Shown here: piece after piece, positions 27,359-36,022 of the stretch
How the letters are laid out: each line of letters opens with the position of its first letter
How positions within the stretch are numbered: the first letter of the stretch is position 1
Origin: a virus
Direction: 5' to 3' (one strand)
Length of the DNA stretch: 64,000 nucleotides
IMG/VR virus record: IMGVR_UViG_3300025674_000019
Span: 1-64,000 of that record
Program-made: the position numbers and the translations under genes
The notes under the pieces: model-generated
The model's database searches: none
Told to the model about the DNA's origin: nothing
The model's input: the letters and a program-made list of their open reading frames with translations, nothing else

Positions 27359-29217
27359 TCTCGCTACCGCATGACTCTGTAAAATTCCTGCGGCCTCTAT
27401 CTGTCCTTGAGGTCAGCCCTAATGGGGACACTAAAGACGTAACTCTTCGGCTATGTACTTCATACCTAGGAGAGGACTTATTCCTAGATGAAGATAAGTC
27501 CTATGTCATACTCGCGGCTGCCCCGGGCAACAGGTCCTACTTCGGGTACGGAGGCTCCACACCGTGGGGAGATCACGAAGACTCCGCCTATGTAGCCAGG
27601 ATGCTCAAAAGCTGTCAGTCCGAGATTATTAATAGCCTCATCTGTAGGGTAAGCCTCAACAACTGGTCTACCAATCTAGGCAGAAGGCCTAACTTCTCGG
27701 CTAGATATATAAGCACCTCTCAGTGGAGGCAAGTATGGGTAAACTACAGCTATTATGTAGTAACAAATGACTTCGATAAACTTGAAGAGGTAGCCCCTTG
27801 GGTAGGCACCAAGAGCGAGTCCTTCATACTAAGAAACTTTGCTAGAATGCACCTAGAGTCTAAGGAGTTTAAAAGCGCTCCTAGGCGGATAGATGACGAG
27901 CAACTTAAAGTGCTGAACTCTGTACTATCTTCTAGTTGGGCTACTGAGCCTCCGCCTCTTATCATGAACTACGACTGCCTGGACGAGTTCTTGGCTAGCT
28001 ATAAAAGGGCCTACAACACGAGTAGTAAGGGAATGGTTAACCATAAGAACTACGCATCTGAGGTTAACTATATCATACACATGATCACAAGCTTCTACGA
28101 ACTAGTAAACCGCAGGATGGACGATAACTCTATCTGGAGATGGCTCAAGAACTTCACATCTTTGCACCCTGCACAAGAAGAGGTGGAGCATCGTTATACA
28201 AGTGTTCTAGACAGCAATTCAAAAAGGGACCTCACCGGGGAGTACGGTGCTTGCTTTGGTGGCAGCCAGTGGTCTTTCCCTGGAAGGCATCTAGAGGCTA
28301 TAGCGAGTATAAAGACTGACACTCCTCTTATTCGAGCCCTAAAAAGCCAGCTGTACGAGCTAGTAAAAGTAGTAGTGCAAAGGGATAACTCTCTAAACCT
28401 AAACTGGAAGGCTCTAAGGGAAGAGTACAAGCTCAGCGCTGAGTCCTGCGTTCGCAGAAAAGGGTCAGTAAAAAGAGGTGAGTACATCCTAAGAGAAATC
28501 ATGGGCTGCGTGGAGCAGACGCTCTTATCTTCTCTTCCAATGTACAAAAAGTGGTACACCGGAGTAGGCGCGAGAGTGGGCAAGGACTACGAGAGGGCTT
28601 TCTATGGTGATAACGGAGCTATCAGCCCTGGAGTTATCGACGAAAGAGTTCAAAGAATGTCCTCTCGGTCTTCCTACCGGGCTGGGCTATTCTTGGCCTG
28701 GTGCCTTCAAGAGAGTCTTAGTCCTAACCGGGAAGAGGCGAAAGTACCCCTTACGATTAGGCGCGCTCTAGAGGACCCTTCTAAGATGACTGTGTCGTCC
28801 CTCGTGCATATATCCGCGGGTCTCGCAGAAGCAGGATTTACTTCCAGGGTTTTGCCTTACCTTAAAGAGCTAGTTTCAAGGTACTACGAAACCGAAGAAG
28901 CTACTCGAAGCGTAAGTCTTACTAGCCTAGACTCTACTTTTGCTGTTACCGAAGTTAATAAATACGGGCAGCCAGAGCCTTCTTCTCCTTCGCCTATGTC
29001 AGTTACCGGTTACTCTACTATTGCCGAGATGATCTACCGACTCTGTAGGAAGTTGGAGAGGTCCTTGCCCGAAGAGGTTGGTGAGCTCCTTGATGCTATG
29101 GCTAAGCATATGGGCCGGTTGCTAGTAGAAGAGAAGCCCCAGTGCCTTCGTAAAGAGTACAGGATTATACTCCTTAGAGAGTTAGCGGATCCTGGGCATT
29201 GGGTGCGAAAGGCTTAG
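27343..29217 (+). CDS. hypothetical protein
   Basis: 624 aa ORF; last gene before a terminator. Confidence 0.7.
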   Translation: MGSHLISLPHDSVKFLRPLSVLEVSPNGDTKDVTLRLCTSYLGEDLFLDEDKSYVILAAAPGNRSYFGYGGSTPWGDHEDSAYVARMLKSCQSEIINSLICRVSLNNWSTNLGRRPNFSARYISTSQWRQVWVNYSYYVVTNDFDKLEEVAPWVGTKSESFILRNFARMHLESKEFKSAPRRIDDEQLKVLNSVLSSSWATEPPPLIMNYDCLDEFLASYKRAYNTSSKGMVNHKNYASEVNYIIHMITSFYELVNRRMDDNSIWRWLKNFTSLHPAQEEVEHRYTSVLDSNSKRDLTGEYGACFGGSQWSFPGRHLEAIASIKTDTPLIRALKSQLYELVKVVVQRDNSLNLNWKALREEYKLSAESCVRRKGSVKRGEYILREIMGCVEQTLLSSLPMYKKWYTGVGARVGKDYERAFYGDNGAISPGVIDERVQRMSSRSSYRAGLFLAWCLQESLSPNREEAKVPLTIRRALEDPSKMTVSSLVHISAGLAEAGFTSRVLPYLKELVSRYYETEEATRSVSLTSLDSTFAVTEVNKYGQPEPSSPSPMSVTGYSTIAEMIYRLCRKLERSLPEEVGELLDAMAKHMGRLLVEEKPQCLRKEYRIILLRELADPGHWVRKA

Positions 29218-29227
29218 GCCTAAAAAT

Positions 29228-29255
29228 CCAGCCTCATAAGCTGGTTTTTTTAGCT
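29228..29255 (+). terminator. intrinsic terminator of the RT operon
   Basis: CCAGC-CTCATAA-GCTGG-T7-AGCT. Confidence 0.75.
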
Positions 29256-29266
29256 CCCACCGATGA

Positions 29267-29302
29267 CGCAAAACGGGGGGCCTAAATTGGCATAAGAATA
29301 TG
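29267..29302 (+). promoter_or_regulatory. putative phage promoter CGCAAAAC-N16-CATAAGAATATG
   Basis: Identical boxes and identical 16-nt spacing recur at 52456-52491; both precede + strand gene blocks. Confidence 0.7.
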
Positions 29303-29453
29303 AAGGTAATCTTTAAGCCTTCCACAAAGGCTTCTGGTCAAGATTGAATTCTACGACCAGATCAATTTGTGCTTAATCAACCAGGGCCCAAGCCAGGTAG
29401 CCAATCCTGTGCAGTGGCCATATGTAGCGCGACACGCGCTAGAGGAGAGAGAA

Positions 29454-29969
29454 ATGCAGAAGTTCGTGACAAGCGGTGTTAGGGGAGGGAAAGATGTATC
29501 GAATATCCTTTGGGCTCTCCGGGAGGCCAGGCGGGCGATTCAGGGCGTAACGGTAAAGATCCCTTTAAAATCGAAGCAGATCCCGGCCTACAAGGCAGCT
29601 GAAGATGAGATCAAAAAATACTGCGGCCAGCACGCCGCAGATCAATTTTCAGAATTGCTGTGGGAGTTCGGCCAGGACTCCCTGGAGGGAAGCCCCGAAG
29701 GCCCCCGCCTTAAGGCGGGTCGGGTGACCTTTTCTTCCTTTTCAGTATACCTGAGCCCGAACCCTGGATGGGCGGGTATATCGGTCCAAGTAAGCAACCC
29801 GAAAGGGTTGCTTAGAGAGGGATTCGACGGGCTCGAAAAGAGCCTTAAATCGCTCAGCGAAGAACAAAATGTGGGGGTCCATGACCCAGCCGTTGAAGGG
29901 CTGGGGATAGAGAACGCTCGAAGAACCCAGGCAGGGTTCAACTGCCAGAAGAAGGAGGAGGAGGGTTAG
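29454..29969 (+). CDS. hypothetical protein in a stand-alone cassette
   Basis: ATG 29454 with GAGGAG RBS; own promoter and terminator. Confidence 0.65.
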   Translation: MQKFVTSGVRGGKDVSNILWALREARRAIQGVTVKIPLKSKQIPAYKAAEDEIKKYCGQHAADQFSELLWEFGQDSLEGSPEGPRLKAGRVTFSSFSVYLSPNPGWAGISVQVSNPKGLLREGFDGLEKSLKSLSEEQNVGVHDPAVEGLGIENARRTQAGFNCQKKEEEG

Positions 29970-29990
29970 CCCTCCGCCTCCTTCTTCTGT

Positions 29991-30024
29991 CGGTTGGCCC
30001 CGCGCAACCCGTTTTTTTTTAGCT
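29991..30024 (+). terminator. intrinsic terminator
   Basis: GGTTG-GCCCCGCG-CAACC then CG-T9-AGCT, preceded by a long hairpin at 29946-29989. Confidence 0.7.
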
Positions 30025-30025
30025 A

Positions 30026-30949
30026 TCAGCTCAGAGTACTAGGGTCTACCTCTGGGCAGAAAGTAGAAAGGTTGCTAAGCGCCGTAGCTTCGTTGGCACT
30101 AAGCCCTGTAATCTCTGAGCTCTTGCTATCCATGCTTGCCTTAGAACTAAGCTCCTGCAGAGTAAGAGATTGCAGCTCCGCCTCTCTGTAAGTGTACTGT
30201 GCTTGAATAACCTGCAGAAGCCTATAAATCTCTGCAAGCTTAGCTCCAGTGAAGTAGTCGCCAGTGGTGAGGGATACGGGGTTACCCTCAGCATCGTTAA
30301 CTACTAGTCCAGAAAAAGTGTTAAACAGCGCCAGCATTTTGTTATACACGTCATCAGCAATATCACGTGTCTCGCCCACCCACTTCTCGTATGTAGACAG
30401 AATCTCATTCTTTACTCGAAGAAGATCATATGACGACTGTAAGTCTGAGAGCTCCTCTTCTGCAGTACTCCTAGCCGCAACAGCGCTAGCATACGCAGAG
30501 CTATAAACGCTTACTAGGCTAGCGTCAGTGGCTAAGGGAATGCTGCTAGAGCTGCTACCCTTAAACTGCTGCTGGTACTTAATAAACGCAGCTACTAGCT
30601 CAGAAACTCGGCCAGTGACTGTAGTGCTCGCGTTTATCGCAGTATCTAAGTCCGGGTACCTAAGAACGAGAGTGTTGTCTCTGTACTCGTAATGTCCCGC
30701 ATTGCTAGCAGCAGCCCTGCTATTTTTTAGGTTACCCAAGTCAGAAATACTAGCAATTCTAGCAAAAGATGACTCAGAGTTATCTGCGGTAAAAGAATAA
30801 ACGAAAACGTTCTGGTCCAGAGTGTAATCAGGGTCAACTGTAGTCCCGGCAGTGACTCTAGCCGTTACCGTAATCTGGTACTGAGACGACCCATCTGTAT
30901 CCGTTATGCTAGTCTTTACTTGCTCTAAGCTAAAAGTATCTAAGGACAT
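30026..30949 (-). CDS. putative virion/tail protein (paralog triad, coiled-coil C-terminus)
   Basis: End of the tail operon; shares VFVYS..R.A..DL..L motif with the two upstream genes. Confidence 0.55.
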   Translation of the reverse strand: MSLDTFSLEQVKTSITDTDGSSQYQITVTARVTAGTTVDPDYTLDQNVFVYSFTADNSESSFARIASISDLGNLKNSRAAASNAGHYEYRDNTLVLRYPDLDTAINASTTVTGRVSELVAAFIKYQQQFKGSSSSSIPLATDASLVSVYSSAYASAVAARSTAEEELSDLQSSYDLLRVKNEILSTYEKWVGETRDIADDVYNKMLALFNTFSGLVVNDAEGNPVSLTTGDYFTGAKLAEIYRLLQVIQAQYTYREAELQSLTLQELSSKASMDSKSSEITGLSANEATALSNLSTFCPEVDPSTLS

Positions 30950-30952
30950 AGT

Positions 30953-31816
30953 TTAATCCCCCTTCTGAACAATGGTTAGCACTACGTCCTTAGACTCCCC
31001 CGTCTTTGAGTCTGTAATCTTAATCTTAACGGTTTCATTAGTGTTCCTCGCCACTCGGTACCGGCTCGTAGCGCGGATCTCCGTTAAGAGCTCTGCTTTG
31101 TCCACCTCTGATGAGTAGTCTCCGGATCCTCCAGAAACGCTTAGGTAGACAGAGTCGCCTGCTACTAAGCCTGAAGCCTGTAAGGATCCTGGAGTAAAAG
31201 TCCGGCTAGGATGCACTCCTGAGATGCCCACACTAAGGGGCAGAGTGCTTGCAGCCGAGTCCTCCAGAAAGTCCCCCGCATACACTCTTAAGTAAGAGTC
31301 GTTGGCTTCTTGTATCGTGGCCCCTAAGTCGTAAGTAGAGTAAGACGCACTAATCTCTTCTACCCTAAACTTGTAGTAACCGGAAATAGGAATATGATCG
31401 TAGTGAGAGCTGGCAGTAATCGCGCTAGGGTACGTGTAGTCTTCAAAGCTAAAAGCAGGGCCCATTTCTGCTGTGTACTCTGAGTCGTCTCCTACCGAGG
31501 TATCCTCCATCCGACCGTCCTGCTTACCCCTTAGGTCTGTAGCTAGAGCATCCTTACTCGGGGTAGTCTGCAGATCATCAAGAGTAGCCACTCGACGGAA
31601 AAGGTACTTAGTAGAGTCGTCGAGCTCTTCTTTAACCTCTGCCAGAGTCTTTAAAGTTCCGTCATCCTTGAGTAGGTCATCTTCTGAGATGAACCTTTCT
31701 ACAACAAAAGGAAAAACGCTCACTCCTGCTTGTCCCGGAGAAACCCGCATAGATAGCTTCCACTGATCGGAATCCTCGTGCCATGTAAGTGTGTTAGTGG
31801 CGTACTCTAAGGCCAT
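30953..31816 (-). CDS. putative virion/tail protein (paralog triad)
   Basis: Tail operon context; FRRVATLDDLQTTP motif; beta-rich C-terminus. Confidence 0.55.
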   Translation of the reverse strand: MALEYATNTLTWHEDSDQWKLSMRVSPGQAGVSVFPFVVERFISEDDLLKDDGTLKTLAEVKEELDDSTKYLFRRVATLDDLQTTPSKDALATDLRGKQDGRMEDTSVGDDSEYTAEMGPAFSFEDYTYPSAITASSHYDHIPISGYYKFRVEEISASYSTYDLGATIQEANDSYLRVYAGDFLEDSAASTLPLSVGISGVHPSRTFTPGSLQASGLVAGDSVYLSVSGGSGDYSSEVDKAELLTEIRATSRYRVARNTNETVKIKITDSKTGESKDVVLTIVQKGD

Positions 31817-32184
31817 TAGCTGATCTCCAACGTGTCGTTCTTCTCGAACTTGTCTTTATAGGTGTTGTACTCTTTGATAAGAGTCTCTAGGGACAGAGTC
31901 AACTGGCTCTGGCCGAAGCTGGCCTGCTGAACTCCGTCATATACTATCGTAACACTATTTTTTAGGTAGCTTACTGCGCCCCCCTGCCTAGAATTAGGGA
32001 GGTTCTCTATCTCGTACAAAGTCGCCACGGATGCGTAAGTATCATACTCTTCTCCTCTATCATCAACAGAGTACACGAACACTTCCGAGCGAATTTCTTG
32101 AGCATCAGTTACCTCAAGAGTGGTCTGAGGCTTATTGTCCGCATTGATTGTGCTAACCCTAGATAACTGAAGAGATGCTGCCAT
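31816..32184 (-). CDS. putative virion/tail protein (paralog triad)
   Basis: EVFVYSV..YASVATLYEIENLPNSR; GGAG RBS. Confidence 0.55.
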   Translation of the reverse strand: MAASLQLSRVSTINADNKPQTTLEVTDAQEIRSEVFVYSVDDRGEEYDTYASVATLYEIENLPNSRQGGAVSYLKNSVTIVYDGVQQASFGQSQLTLSLETLIKEYNTYKDKFEKNDTLEIS

Positions 32185-32713
32185 GGTTTACTCCCTTGGG
32201 ATAGATGCTAGCCTGCGCTCTACAGGCTTATCAATTATAAGCGCACAAGGTAAGGGTTTTGTAAAAAACCTTAAGCCGGGCAATCTTAAAGGAGGTGCGC
32301 GCCTGCAGTTCATGTACGAAGAGACGCTCTCTTGGATCGAGAGTGTAGACGTAGACTCTTCTCAAATAGGCGTAGTAGTGATGGAGGGTCCTGCTTACTC
32401 CGCTAACACTAAGGCTTTCTCGATGGGAGAGGCCTACGGTATCTTTAAGTTTCTGTGCGCCTCTGAGTATTGCCTTGAACCGCTTACACCAAGCCCAAAA
32501 GAGCTAAAAAAATATCTAACAGGTACAGGCGACGCAAAGAAGCCCAAGATGAAAGCCTTTGCAGGTGTTCTAGGCTGCCCCAGCAAGCAAGAAGATATCT
32601 GTGATTCCTGGGCCGCAGGCCTCCTTGGCTGGGACGTCCTTCACAAGAGCAACACTCCCGGAACTAGGGCCGCCCTGGAGGTAATCTCTAAGGTGCAGAA
32701 GGAACATAGCTAG
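32183..32713 (+). CDS. ruvC: RuvC-like Holliday junction resolvase
   Basis: LGIDASLRSTG, VVMEG, P.ELKKYLTGTGDAKK, EDICDS. Confidence 0.85.
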   Translation: MVYSLGIDASLRSTGLSIISAQGKGFVKNLKPGNLKGGARLQFMYEETLSWIESVDVDSSQIGVVVMEGPAYSANTKAFSMGEAYGIFKFLCASEYCLEPLTPSPKELKKYLTGTGDAKKPKMKAFAGVLGCPSKQEDICDSWAAGLLGWDVLHKSNTPGTRAALEVISKVQKEHS

Positions 32714-34445
32714 CAAGAAGCGGAAGCTCGTTACCATGTACTGTCTTAAACGTAAGGCGAAAGAAGAGGTCGTAAGAGGCGGCGGTAACGTTATACCCGT
32801 CCGCCCCTATGACAATGTACAGGATAGTCTTAGCCCTATCTTCTTCCGTCTGTATCAGTAGATTCCCCGTGAGAGTTGTGCCGCTATAGGTTAGGTCCTC
32901 GCTGTTTCTATAATACCCTGGCTCTGACTTTACTGGCCCGTTATCTGTAATTTCACTAGATGAAGGGCATGCCCCGAAGATGTCGTTCACATTACCTATA
33001 GCCGTATATACTATCCTGGACTCTCCTAGATCCGCGTACTCCTGTATCTTTGATCGGTACTTAGCTACTTGGACTAAGACGGCTATGGGCTTAGAAGTAT
33101 CGCTTAAGTACGGGCTACCGGAAACAGAGATAGAGTCTAAATAGTAAGATCTACCAGTAGGTATCTCAGGGATGTCTAAGCTCACTGGTATAGCAAGCAA
33201 GTACTGGTTATTTCCTAAGTCCAGTATGTCGTTTGATAGGCTGTTGCCTTCGACAGAAGTAGAGTTAACTACCAAGCTACTCAGCCTAAAGGTGCTCTCA
33301 TAGCTTTCAATGGCACCTCCAAGCTCTGTGCTGGCTACGCCAGTATTGCTTAGAGTAATAGTAGAGTTTGCAGCGTTCTTTACATCGTCCGCATCCACTG
33401 CGCCAATGCCGTGAACAATGATCTTAGTTCCTGTGTAAGACGCAACTGGAATTAAGAACTCTTCTGGAGGAGCTCCCGCGTCCTCCAGGTCGATAGACCC
33501 CCAAGAAGGTGTCGCCCCTTCGCCAAAGTACTCTGTGCCGTCTATAAGGACTGTATCGCTAGAGGCTACCGAGTCAAATGGGAAGGTCGTTCTATTTGGC
33601 TCTAAGATATAAGCTACAAGACTGTCTTGCTCATCAAAGCGAACGGTAGCCGCATCCAAAGAGTACTCTAGCCCGCCTACATTGATAGCTACCGGGTGAT
33701 TGCTGCCGCTAGCTGAAGATAGCTTAGACCTAAAAAGAGCTCCGTCTTCTGTGTCTTTCGTTGTTATCTTAAGGCGGTACTGACTTGGGCTCTTGAAGAG
33801 AGCTTTGTCCCCGTCTGCGCCTGAAATATTGTTTGGCCTGTTAGTATTAGTGAGAAGGTCGTAAAGGCTGGTCACTATGGTGGAATCTTCTACCGCAGGG
33901 TTAGAAGTATTAGCGGCTATAAGATCTAGCGGGTTACTTGCTGCATCAGCTGCGCTGAGTAATGGTAGCCTAAAGCTTATAGAGTCCCCTGGGGATACGA
34001 GCCCTAACTTGGGATTATTGCCATTTGCTACCTCGTCGCTGTAAAAAGCTTCAAAGGCAGATCTGTCTATCGCATACTTCATTCCCGGAACCACCGCCCC
34101 CAGAATGGTGAGCGAAGAACTAGAACTAGGTTGAACGTAGAATGCTGAATCCGCTGCAACCCACTTTACCTCTACAGTACCGTCTATAACGGTACCGCCG
34201 GGCTGCACTGCCTCATTGTAGCTATACGAAAGAAACCCTGCAGACTGCAGAATATCTTCGTACTTTTTTACGTTTCTTTTTAGCTCTTCCGTGCGCAATC
34301 GCAGGTTCTCAGAAGGCCTAGACAGTACAGCCTGGTTTACACTCTGTCCGTTTAAAACAGGCTTGATAGAAGACTGAGTGCTCTCTCCAGAGTCGTACTG
34401 GTCGTCTGCATTATTGTAATTTTTGTTCTTAAATACTACAGGCAT
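32688..34445 (-). CDS. tail fibre or baseplate-attached protein
   Basis: N-terminal NQAVLSRPSENLRLRTEELK resembles fibre attachment segments; Ser/Thr/Asn-rich. Confidence 0.55.
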   Translation of the reverse strand: MPVVFKNKNYNNADDQYDSGESTQSSIKPVLNGQSVNQAVLSRPSENLRLRTEELKRNVKKYEDILQSAGFLSYSYNEAVQPGGTVIDGTVEVKWVAADSAFYVQPSSSSSLTILGAVVPGMKYAIDRSAFEAFYSDEVANGNNPKLGLVSPGDSISFRLPLLSAADAASNPLDLIAANTSNPAVEDSTIVTSLYDLLTNTNRPNNISGADGDKALFKSPSQYRLKITTKDTEDGALFRSKLSSASGSNHPVAINVGGLEYSLDAATVRFDEQDSLVAYILEPNRTTFPFDSVASSDTVLIDGTEYFGEGATPSWGSIDLEDAGAPPEEFLIPVASYTGTKIIVHGIGAVDADDVKNAANSTITLSNTGVASTELGGAIESYESTFRLSSLVVNSTSVEGNSLSNDILDLGNNQYLLAIPVSLDIPEIPTGRSYYLDSISVSGSPYLSDTSKPIAVLVQVAKYRSKIQEYADLGESRIVYTAIGNVNDIFGACPSSSEITDNGPVKSEPGYYRNSEDLTYSGTTLTGNLLIQTEEDRAKTILYIVIGADGYNVTAASYDLFFRLTFKTVHGNELPLLASYVPSAP

Positions 34446-34459
34446 GTCTCACTCCGGGC

Positions 34460-36022
34460 CTACACTAGATTGTGCAATAATAATGTGCCTACTGGCAATG
34501 AATCTTGGATAGATCTTATAAGATCTTCTTGCACAGAAAACGTCGTAGGCAAAGACGCCGCTGCTGGGCTGAACTTAATACCCACAAGCTTCCACTTAAG
34601 AAAGTCTTCTGTAAGCGCGGTAGCGAGCACCCTTCTCGTAGCGTCACCTATATTAAAGTGGTAGTCCCCTATCCTCTGCTCAGGGATAACCCACTCATCC
34701 GGGCTCCCTACTACATTATCGTGCTGTCCTGGGATAATCTCCCTATCGAGCTCTTCCACTAGCCCTGGCGCTACATTAAGTGGGATCTCTGGTAGCAAGT
34801 TCTCCTCGTGCCACCAGTCAGTGCTAGCCCCTACGAATACTTGTATGTCGCTGCACAACGGCTCTAGCTTATCGAACTCTAAAGGCTGCCTAGCCGGCTG
34901 CTCCACATCGTCAACTATGTACAGCGCTTGGGAGACGTCTGATCTTAGGCTAAGCCCACTAGCTACCACGTAGTCGCCTAAGTTAGTCGTTACCTTTACG
35001 TTGCCAGAAGGACTCTGAGTCTTAGAAGTGAGCAATTCCTCTCCCACAAAAGACCCTGCCTCGAACACCGGCATGCCTAAGAACAAATTGCACGCAGATA
35101 GTAGAGTCTCTTTAGTAGGCGGAGCTGTGCTTAGTAGAGCCTTTGCTTTTAGGATTTTCCTGTAATGCTCGTCGCTAGGGCGCACAGCAGTAGAGTATCG
35201 GTATCCAAAGTGAGTATAAAGGTACTCAGTATCTTCTACGTAATCATTGGCTATCAAGTAGCAGGTCCTAGACTCCATGGTAAAGAGCCTAGGAGTGACG
35301 TCTAGAGTACTGGCTCCTGCAGAGTAACTAATCCTGGAACACTCCAGAGTGGCCGGGTGCGACGGCTCTAAGATAATCTTGGACTCATCAACTATGGTGA
35401 GCACTCGGCTCGATGAAGATGCTCCCAAATTGGACTGCAAAATGATATCGTCACCTGTAGCCAAGTCTCCTGTCCAGTCACTGTTCTCGCTAGAGACGTC
35501 TAGCCTATAGTAGTCCTGGACGAGCAGAGTGCTCTTCTGCGCTCCCGCCGTATCTAGGGGGTTTGTTCTAAACACAATGTAGACGGAAGACTCTTTTATC
35601 CAGGAGTTGTCCTCGCTGAATAGGCCCATAAAGTTGAAGTCATTCCCTCTATAGATGAAAAAGTCTTCGTTTAGTATGAGTCTAGTAGTGGGATCGTCTG
35701 CCACGTTGCTAACGATAGACGATATAGAGATGAGCTGCCTGGGCGCTTCCATCACGTAGTAGAGGTACAAATCGTTAGTCTGAAAGTCTCTTCCCGTTTT
35801 AAGAAACATAGTATGCCTAGATACAGGGAGAAGCCTTCTCTTAGTATTCCTAGTGCTGACTACGCTGTCTATAGACCTGGACACTGCCGCAGAAGAGAGC
35901 TTACTGTAGCTATCAGAAGCTGAAGAAAAAACTCCCTCTACTAGGGCTTTCACCGCATCGTACTGTTTGAAGTGATTCTTCCAGAAATCACTAACAGTAG
36001 TTAGTAACAGGTCTGAACTCAT
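34460..36022 (-). CDS. baseplate wedge protein (putative)
   Basis: Immediately downstream of the baseplate J-like gene; LYTHFGY and YRKIL..P...L segments. Confidence 0.55.
   Translation of the reverse strand: MSSDLLLTTVSDFWKNHFKQYDAVKALVEGVFSSASDSYSKLSSAAVSRSIDSVVSTRNTKRRLLPVSRHTMFLKTGRDFQTNDLYLYYVMEAPRQLISISSIVSNVADDPTTRLILNEDFFIYRGNDFNFMGLFSEDNSWIKESSVYIVFRTNPLDTAGAQKSTLLVQDYYRLDVSSENSDWTGDLATGDDIILQSNLGASSSSRVLTIVDESKIILEPSHPATLECSRISYSAGASTLDVTPRLFTMESRTCYLIANDYVEDTEYLYTHFGYRYSTAVRPSDEHYRKILKAKALLSTAPPTKETLLSACNLFLGMPVFEAGSFVGEELLTSKTQSPSGNVKVTTNLGDYVVASGLSLRSDVSQALYIVDDVEQPARQPLEFDKLEPLCSDIQVFVGASTDWWHEENLLPEIPLNVAPGLVEELDREIIPGQHDNVVGSPDEWVIPEQRIGDYHFNIGDATRRVLATALTEDFLKWKLVGIKFSPAAASLPTTFSVQEDLIRSIQDSLPVGTLLLHNLV

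Noticed and set aside
22247-29255. CRISPR-like or other repeat array next to the RT
   Set aside because: The flanks are continuous coding sequence and I found no regularly spaced repeats by eye.
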